A stretch of 64,000 nucleotides of DNA from Deltaproteobacteria bacterium (GTDB lineage: Bacteria > Desulfobacterota > BSN033 > UBA1163): NCBI GenBank assembly GCA_020059605.1, contig JAGVBT010000012.1, forward strand, positions 5,431-69,430. Reading direction: 5' to 3'. A model generated the notes under the pieces. The model did not search any database. It saw only the letters and a list, made by a program, of their open reading frames with translations, and was not told the origin of the DNA. Each line of letters opens with the position of its first letter. The stretch's first letter is position 1. Below, in pieces: positions 57,761 to 64,000 of this stretch. Made by a program: the position numbers and the translations under genes.

Positions 57761-59076
57761 TTTAAAATATCTCCCACCACCTGTTCGAGGGTTTCTGGAG
57801 TGAACTCTAATCCCGTCCCCATCGTTGCAAGCTCCAATAGTTTTTCCTCGGTTAATTCAGGGGACATCAGGGCAAAGATCGGATGGATGCCAAAAATGTA
57901 AGCCATGGCTTGCCTTCTTTTCCACCAATCGGCAGTTTGACTGCCGTCCGGGGAGAGAGCAAAATCGGCAAACATCGGCGCTGGGGGCGCCCAGGGACTA
58001 AAAGGTTCTTTTGATAAATGTTCCAGGGGACCCTTCACATCGCCGAAGGACCGCTTGATTTCTTCCAATTGCGTCATACCGGCCTTTTGGTTCAACTCGG
58101 CAACGGCGACCGCGTCAATCCCCGCTCTTGCACATTCCCTCAGCAACGCAGAGGAGTCTTGGGCCGACAAACCCATTTTGTTAAAACCCAATAGGCCATA
58201 AACATCCGTGATCAAAAAACCAGGCTCATTCTTCTCGCTCTCCTTCAGATGTTTTGGATCCTCATCAAGAAAGACAAACGTGTTGGTAGGGAAGGGGGTG
58301 TTGAAACAGGACAGATGCCTGTGGATGATCGGCTCCAGCCATTTTCGTATGTCCTCTCCCATCTCAGCGGAGAGCTCCGCAATCCCTTGCTTTCCTGCAA
58401 ACGGTCCATTCTTGACGGCCAGAAGCAGTTCCTTGCATGCCTGGACAAATCCCTCGGGATCGGCGATTTCCAGAAGACTCATTCCTCTTAAAGCAACCGA
58501 TTTCAGTTTCTTCCGGCCGAAGAGTTTGCCAAACCCCCATCGATCGCCACTTGCCCAATAGTTGATGCAGACCTGACCAAAATCGGAACCCGATTCCCCT
58601 GCCTTTCCTATTCCTAATACCTGAATCAAGGCATCCCCCATCGAATCTCTTATCGAATCGGTTGCGTCCCAGACATTTTTACCCCAGATCTCTTTGGCAT
58701 CATGGATATCGGCAATCCCATCATGAACCCAAAGATACATGGGTTTGGGAGCTTTTCCTTTAATGACGATGTAATCAAAACCAGAATATTTCATCTCCAT
58801 CCCCGCATAGAGGGTCAATGGAGCATGACATACCTTTCCGGTCGAAGGATTCTTGGCAGTGATCATGCTTAGGGCCGATGCGGGAACGAGGGTTCCGGTG
58901 AATAACCCCGTTCCAAGGATGATGGGATCTTCCTCCTTATATTTTTCATAGAGTTCACAGGTCACTCCAGCGCCCCCGATCTTTTCTCTCACAAGAGCTT
59001 CATCCAGTTTTTCATGGACGATCTTGGAGGTCCCCAGATCGACGATCGCTACCTTATTCGACGTCAGATATTCCAT
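57757..59076 (-). CDS. Degenerate AOR-family protein (439 aa)
   Basis: IGGAG, AKNP.TG, SGFDYIVIKGKA.KP.YL, IWGK, IGKAGE, KKLKSVA.RG; Fe-S cysteines and the C-terminal domain are reduced. Confidence 0.75.
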   Translation of the reverse strand: MEYLTSNKVAIVDLGTSKIVHEKLDEALVREKIGGAGVTCELYEKYKEEDPIILGTGLFTGTLVPASALSMITAKNPSTGKVCHAPLTLYAGMEMKYSGFDYIVIKGKAPKPMYLWVHDGIADIHDAKEIWGKNVWDATDSIRDSMGDALIQVLGIGKAGESGSDFGQVCINYWASGDRWGFGKLFGRKKLKSVALRGMSLLEIADPEGFVQACKELLLAVKNGPFAGKQGIAELSAEMGEDIRKWLEPIIHRHLSCFNTPFPTNTFVFLDEDPKHLKESEKNEPGFLITDVYGLLGFNKMGLSAQDSSALLRECARAGIDAVAVAELNQKAGMTQLEEIKRSFGDVKGPLEHLSKEPFSPWAPPAPMFADFALSPDGSQTADWWKRRQAMAYIFGIHPIFALMSPELTEEKLLELATMGTGLEFTPETLEQVVGDILK

Positions 59077-59089
59077 ATCCTCCTCCCCT

Positions 59090-59452
59090 CTATCCTAAAG
59101 AGATTGCATTCACGGGACAGAATTGAAGGCATAGAGGCCCGTCCTTCCGGTCACTACACAGGTCGCAGGGTTCTCTTAACAACAGGGGCTTGGCGGAGGC
59201 GTCCTCTCTGCCTTTGTCCTGGTCGGACTTCCCTGTTGAACCGAGCTTTCTTACCTCCACTCCTTCGGGCCGGGCGATGACCAGGTTTTCTTCCTCCTTC
59301 AGGACCACGGCGGAATAATCCTTCTTCTCCCTTCCCCGGGTCACCATAATACAGGACGAAAGCAAGGCAAAACCCTCATCCCGATGATATCCGCAAGCCA
59401 TTTCACAAGCCATACATGAAACGCATTTTTTTAGATCGATCTGAATTCCCAT
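59090..59452 (-). CDS. Ferredoxin partner of the AOR-like protein
   Basis: CVSCMACEMAC; CDLC...CLQFCP. Confidence 0.8.
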   Translation of the reverse strand: MGIQIDLKKCVSCMACEMACGYHRDEGFALLSSCIMVTRGREKKDYSAVVLKEEENLVIARPEGVEVRKLGSTGKSDQDKGREDASAKPLLLREPCDLCSDRKDGPLCLQFCPVNAISLG

Positions 59453-59494
59453 GTCCAGACTCCTTTAAAATTCCCTGTGCTTCCCCTCCGCATG

Positions 59495-59626
59495 GAGACT
59501 GTGTCATAAGTTCGTTCATGGTTCGACGGGCTCACCACGAACGGACAGGAGCACTTTCAATATCAATAAATTAACCGTTCACCCCGAGCTTTTCGAAGGG
59601 CGAATGGCTAATTGTGACACAGTCTC
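59495..59626. mobile_element. 132-bp MITE-like element, copy 3
   Basis: GAGACTGTGTCATAA ... TTGTGACACAGTCTC flanked by direct repeat ATG; interior similar to copy 1. Confidence 0.8.
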
Positions 59627-59713
59627 ATGGGGAAGTGAGAGGTCATTTTTGCTTCCTGAGAAATTATGTCCAACCCGGTCTCGAGTCGCAAGAGGTGAAA
59701 TTTCTAACGGGGT

Positions 59714-60157
59714 TTACCTCTCAAGAAGAGACTTCAACTTGCTTAAGCGTTCGCTTCTTTTTTTAGCCACCATTGTAAAAGATCTCGGAACATCTGCCAT
59801 CAGATGCTTTGATTGTTCGGCTGCCGTCTGGCAGAATCTCAACATGGTCTCTTCCATATTTAATGCCTCGGCGACGGCATCGGGGTAGCTGATATCTTTT
59901 GGCAGCGCATTTTTAAATTGATAATCCTCTGGATTGAGATCAAAGGCGAAACAACCCTCAAGGGCATCGGTGATCACGCCATAGTAAGCCCGCTCAATCT
60001 GTTTAATATATTTTTCATTCTCTTTTGCAAAAGCAAGAAAGAGTTCCTGATCCTTTTCGAACCTCTTTGATAACTCCTGATAGAACTTGGCAGATTCATT
60101 CTCCAGTTCTCTTGACAGGCTGATTGCCCCCGAACATGTATTAATTTCCATTGGCAT
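59714..60157 (-). CDS. Ferritin/rubrerythrin-like four-helix protein
   Basis: ELENESAKFY..F..FAKE and A..MEE..F helical pattern; ExxH ligands incomplete. Confidence 0.6.
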   Translation of the reverse strand: MPMEINTCSGAISLSRELENESAKFYQELSKRFEKDQELFLAFAKENEKYIKQIERAYYGVITDALEGCFAFDLNPEDYQFKNALPKDISYPDAVAEALNMEETMLRFCQTAAEQSKHLMADVPRSFTMVAKKRSERLSKLKSLLER

Positions 60158-60171
60158 TTACCTCCTCTATA

Positions 60172-61662
60172 CTAAAACCATCTTTGGATAACCACTTTGC
60201 TTTCTGTGAAGAACCGAACTGCCTCCTTGCCCTGGGTGTGTAAGACGCCGTAAAAAGAATCTTTCATCCCGCTGAACGGGAAGAAGGCCACAGGAGCCAC
60301 AACTCCGATATTGATGCCGACATTGCCACTTTCCACATTGTATTGAAAATATCGGGCATCTCGACCACTTTGAGTAAAGATAGCATCCCCATTACCAAAA
60401 GGATTCGCGTTACAAATTTCGATTGCTTGGTCCAAATTCTTGGCACGCATCACACTCATGACCGGACCAAAGATCTCCTCACTCCCTATCTTCATATTGG
60501 GTGACACGTTTTCAAAAATCGTTGGATTCAAGAAGCATGTGTCAGGGTAGTCACCCACAATCTTTAGTTTTCTTCCATCCAGGATGAGTTTAGCCCCTTC
60601 TTTAATGCCGCTTTCGATATATCGTAGAATATTCGCCTTTTTATCCTTGTCGCGCACTGGTCCCATCTGAATCGCTTCGTCAAGCCCATAACCCACCTTA
60701 ATTTTAGAGGTCATGTCGCAGACCTGATCCAGAAAATTCTTGTAGAACTTATCGTCATCTCCAACGACAAGAAGATTGGCACCCGACAAGCATCGTTGAC
60801 CCGCATTACCGAAGAAGGAAGTCATCATGGCGGCAATGGTAGCTGGAACATTGCAGTCCGGCATGATCACGATGAAGTTCTTTGCACCGCACTGGGCGAT
60901 CACTCTCTTTCCCGTCTCACCGCATCTTTTATAGATCACATCTTTTCCTGTGGGGGTGGAGCCCACAAAGGTGATGCCCACGATATCTTTATGCTCCAGC
61001 ATGCCATCCACTACGGTTCTCCCGCCATTGACGACATTCCAGACTCCCGGAGGAAAACCGGCTTCCTCGGCCAATTCGACAAGCTTCATCTGGCTAAAAG
61101 GCACCTCGCTTGAGGGCTTGATGACAATGGTGTTCCCGGTCGCCACCGCGTAGGGAGCCGACCAGAGAGGAATCATAAAGGGAAAATTGAATGGACCGAT
61201 GATTCCGAAAACCCCCATGGGAGTGGGAATCACCCACTCATCGATACCGCTCGCGATATCTTCCGAATAATAACCTTGCATCAGCGTGGGAATGCCGCAG
61301 GCGACTTCAACGTTTTCGATTCCCCGTCTTGTTTCCCCCCTGGATTCATCGATACACTTCCCATGCTCCATGGTCTGGATTCTGCTGACCTCTTCAAAAT
61401 TTTCTTCGAGCAACTCTTTCAATCTGAAGAGGCATCTTGACCTGGCAAGAGGGGTGGTCCTTCTCCAGTCCGGAAAGGCCTCTTTCGCTGCCTCCACGGC
61501 AGCATGGATCTCCTCTTTGGTCGAGATGGGGCATTTTCCCATCACCTTTCCCGTGGCGGGATTGACCACATCCACAATCTTTCCCTTCGAATCCACCCAT
61601 TCTCCGTTGATGAAATTTTTCACTTCCTTCACGCCTTTAATCGGTTCTTCTAAAATCGCCAT
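60172..61662 (-). CDS. mmsA: CoA-acylating (methyl)malonate-semialdehyde dehydrogenase
   Basis: RGIENVEVACGIP.L.QG, PFNFP.MIP, GAKN (Ala in place of the ALDH Glu), AGQRC, EEIFGP, FPFSG.K.SF.G. Confidence 0.92.
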   Translation of the reverse strand: MAILEEPIKGVKEVKNFINGEWVDSKGKIVDVVNPATGKVMGKCPISTKEEIHAAVEAAKEAFPDWRRTTPLARSRCLFRLKELLEENFEEVSRIQTMEHGKCIDESRGETRRGIENVEVACGIPTLMQGYYSEDIASGIDEWVIPTPMGVFGIIGPFNFPFMIPLWSAPYAVATGNTIVIKPSSEVPFSQMKLVELAEEAGFPPGVWNVVNGGRTVVDGMLEHKDIVGITFVGSTPTGKDVIYKRCGETGKRVIAQCGAKNFIVIMPDCNVPATIAAMMTSFFGNAGQRCLSGANLLVVGDDDKFYKNFLDQVCDMTSKIKVGYGLDEAIQMGPVRDKDKKANILRYIESGIKEGAKLILDGRKLKIVGDYPDTCFLNPTIFENVSPNMKIGSEEIFGPVMSVMRAKNLDQAIEICNANPFGNGDAIFTQSGRDARYFQYNVESGNVGINIGVVAPVAFFPFSGMKDSFYGVLHTQGKEAVRFFTESKVVIQRWF

Positions 61663-61796
61663 GTTTATACCTCCTCCTTTTTGGAAATGATTTGCATAGC
61701 CGCTGTCTTTAGTGCGGATTAATTTCCGGCATCGGGTTCTTTGATTTGGGTTATATGGCCGTGTCTTCTGATATCGAGTTGGACTAAGTTGGTATA

Positions 61797-61850
61797 GGTA
61801 TATAAGAAGGGCGTCCCTTTGTCAAGGAATATTTTATAAATATTATAATA
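61797..61850 (-). promoter_or_regulatory. Sigma70-like promoter with upstream 17-bp motif
   Basis: TTGACA at 61825-61820, weak -10 TATACC; same TTATAAATATTATAATA motif as at 46377. Confidence 0.55.
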
Positions 61851-61882
61851 TTTAACCTATTAGTTTAAATTTATTAATGAAT

Positions 61883-62293
61883 TCAATGGGTTTTTTCAAA
61901 CTCGCAGAGTTCAATCAGGACACCGCTTGAGGATTTGGGGTGGACGAAGGCGACTTTTGTATTGTGGGCGCCTGGCCGGGGCTTCTGGTCGATCAGGGTG
62001 GCCCCTTTTTCAAGGTAAGACTTTATCTCCGCCTCCACGTCCTCCACCTCGAAACAGATGTGATGGATTCCCTGACCTTTGGTCTCCAGGAATTTCACCA
62101 GCGGGGAATCCGGCTCGGCAGGCTGGACCAGTTCGATATTCGATTCACCGATCTTAAAAAATCCCACTTTGGTTTTCTGGGCTGAAACCACTTCAACGCC
62201 TGATAGGGTGAGGCCCATCACCTCCTGGTAAAATTTGGCAGCCTCTTCAAGGTTGTTTACGGCAATGGCAATGTGATTGATTTTCTTTATCAT
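61883..62293 (-). CDS. mce: Methylmalonyl-CoA epimerase
   Basis: INHIAIAV, IELVQP, GIHHICFEV, FVHPKSSSGVLIEL. Confidence 0.93.
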   Translation of the reverse strand: MIKKINHIAIAVNNLEEAAKFYQEVMGLTLSGVEVVSAQKTKVGFFKIGESNIELVQPAEPDSPLVKFLETKGQGIHHICFEVEDVEAEIKSYLEKGATLIDQKPRPGAHNTKVAFVHPKSSSGVLIELCEFEKTH

Positions 62294-62320
62294 CGCTAAC
62301 TCCTTTTCCCCCTCACCCAA

Positions 62321-62335
62321 TTACGACACAGTCTC
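62321..62335. mobile_element. Solo right end of the MITE family
   Basis: TTACGACACAGTCTC inside a CCCTCACCC..GGGGAGAGGG repeat, no left end. Confidence 0.6.
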
Positions 62336-62361
62336 CAGGGGAGAGGGGAGTGGGGGGGGAT

Positions 62362-62760
62362 TTATTCCAATTGGATATTCTCTTTTATATATTTAATGAT
62401 GTCTTCGGTGGAGGCGCCGGGTTGAAAGATCTCCCGGATGCCTGCTTTTTTTAGCTCCGGGATATCATCGACCGGAATGATTCCCCCTCCAAAAACAAGA
62501 ATATCATCCGCTTTCTTCTCTTTAAGGATATGGACCACTTTTGGAAAGAGGCCATTATGGGCGCCGGACAGACTTGAGAGACCCACGATATTGACACTCT
62601 CCTGAATCGCGGCATTGGCGATCTGATCAGGGGTCTGCCGGATACCCGTATAGATGACTTCCATCCCGGCATCCCTCAAGGCACGGGCAATGACCTTCGC
62701 GCCCCTATCGTGACCATCCAGCCCTGGTTTTGCGATCAACACTCGAATCTTGCGAGACAT
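62362..62760 (-). CDS. Methylmalonyl-CoA mutase B12-binding small subunit
   Basis: [27 protein letters not shown]. Confidence 0.93.
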   Translation of the reverse strand: MSRKIRVLIAKPGLDGHDRGAKVIARALRDAGMEVIYTGIRQTPDQIANAAIQESVNIVGLSSLSGAHNGLFPKVVHILKEKKADDILVFGGGIIPVDDIPELKKAGIREIFQPGASTEDIIKYIKENIQLE

Positions 62761-62776
62761 GTCTCTCCTCCCTGAC

Positions 62777-62913
62777 GATTTCGGATTGCGGAATTCGGAT
62801 TTCGGAGTGTAATTCAGGGCTTTAGCCCTGATGAATCAGCCCTAAAGGGCTGAGTTACATTCCGCAATCTGCAATCCCTGCCTGCCGGCAGGCAGGCGCA
62901 ATCCGCATTTGGA
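62777..62913. repeat. Composite repeat: 7-bp-period arms with a nested REP doublet and a CCTGCC/GGCAGG palindrome
   Basis: atttcgg-attgcgg-aattcgg [tgtaattcagggc..gagttaca] ccgcaat-ctgcaat [cctgcctgccggcaggcagg] ccgcatt. Confidence 0.7.
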
Positions 62914-64000
62914 TTATCTTTCCCGATATTCCCCAAACACTTCCCTTAGGGTGTCTGAAATTTCTCCCAGGGTGGCATAAACCTTCGCCGCCTCTAAAAT
63001 GGGTGGAACCACGTTGTCCGTCCCCTGGGCGGCTTTTTTTAGAACAGCCAGGGTATCCTTCACTTTCGTATTATCTCTTTCTTTCTTAACCCTTGCCAGT
63101 TTTTCCTTCTGGTATTGTTCTACCTCGGGTTTGATACGAAGGATATCTTTCAGAGGTTGCTCCTGGAATTGAAATTGATTCAATCCGACGATGATCCTCT
63201 TCTTGGTTTCAATTTCCTTCTGATATTGATAGGCGCTTTCCCCGATCTCCCCCTGGATATAACCGGATTCGATGGCCTTGATGGCCCCACCCATGGCTTC
63301 GATCTTTCCGATATATTCCATCGATTTTTTTTCGATGTCATCGGTCAGAGCCTCGACGGCATACGAGCCCCCAAGAGGATCGATCATATCGGCGACCCCG
63401 CTCTCATAGGCAATGAGCTGCTGGGTTCTCAATGCGAGCCTGACGGAATCTTCCGTAGGCAGGGCATAGGCTTCGTCCCTGGAGTTGGTGTGGAGAGATT
63501 GCGTCCCGCCCAATACGGCCGCCAGGGCCTGAAAGGCAACCCTCACGACATTGTTGTCGGGTTGCTGGGCGGTGAGCGAACAGCCGGCGGTCTGGGTATG
63601 GAACCGCAACATGCACGACTCGTCCCTTTTCGCTTTAAACCTTTCCTTCATGATTTTTGCCCACAGTCTTCTGGCTGCCCTGAATTTGGCAACCTCTTCG
63701 ATGAAGGTGTTATGACAGCAGAAAAAGAAAGCAAGCCTCGAAGCAAAGGAGTCGACATCCAGTCCCGCCCGAATGGCCGCCTCGACATAGGCAATGCCAT
63801 CCGCAAGAGTGAAGGCAACTTCCTGGACTGCGGTGCAACCTGCTTCACGCATGTGGTAACCGCTGATGCTGATGGTGTTCCACCGGGGGACGCGATCCTT
63901 GCAAAAGGCAAAGATATCAGTGACGATTCGCATCGATTCAAGAGGCGGATAAATATAGGTTCCCCTCGCCGCATATTCCTTCAAAATGTCGTTCTGGATC
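62914..64000 (-). CDS. Methylmalonyl-CoA mutase large subunit (5'-partial)
   Basis: [59 protein letters not shown]. Confidence 0.95.
   Translation of the reverse strand, partial: IQNDILKEYAARGTYIYPPLESMRIVTDIFAFCKDRVPRWNTISISGYHMREAGCTAVQEVAFTLADGIAYVEAAIRAGLDVDSFASRLAFFFCCHNTFIEEVAKFRAARRLWAKIMKERFKAKRDESCMLRFHTQTAGCSLTAQQPDNNVVRVAFQALAAVLGGTQSLHTNSRDEAYALPTEDSVRLALRTQQLIAYESGVADMIDPLGGSYAVEALTDDIEKKSMEYIGKIEAMGGAIKAIESGYIQGEIGESAYQYQKEIETKKRIIVGLNQFQFQEQPLKDILRIKPEVEQYQKEKLARVKKERDNTKVKDTLAVLKKAAQGTDNVVPPILEAAKVYATLGEISDTLREVFGEYRER

Noticed and set aside
127-63974. Numerous 60-215 aa ORFs antisense or out of frame to the called genes
   Set aside because: Shadow ORFs overlapping well-supported genes, with no motifs; only 19463-19681 was kept because of its Fic-inhibitory motif.

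Overview
Chromosomal window from an anaerobic bacterium, probably Desulfobacterota/deltaproteobacterial (inferred from gene content and repeat types). Three parts. (1) 1-6.8 kb: TRAP transporter, pcnB, tungsten-type AOR with its ferredoxin. (2) About 6.9-20.2 kb: a more AT-rich defence island. It holds a broken DUF499-type ATPase, a stand-alone PglZ-like phosphodiesterase, a DUF1156-type adenine methylase, a small BrxB/BrxF-like protein and an SNF2 helicase. It is interrupted by two Fic genes and a REP-associated tyrosine transposase, and ends in remnants of older defence genes. (3) 20.2-64 kb: a co-directional minus-strand metabolic region. It contains methylmalonyl-CoA mutase/epimerase, MmsA, a degenerate AOR, a b6-type Rieske/cytochrome b complex interleaved with HdrE/HdrD-like subunits, a sulfonate-type ABC importer, a nitrilase-less Nit1C-like radical SAM-GNAT/PurM-fold pair, a corrinoid methyl-transfer module whose ATP-dependent activator carries a 497-aa GltD-like NADPH domain insertion, a GlcD/GlcF-like pair, a Liv ABC importer and a NosL-rich exporter cluster without nosZ. 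Strongest novelty candidates: the Rieske/cytb-Hdr hybrid, the RACo::GltD activator, the DUF499-PglZ BREX-related system, and a 131-132-bp MITE family with a central IHF consensus. No rRNA, tRNA or CRISPR array was recognised. All family calls come from motif recognition by eye, not database searches.
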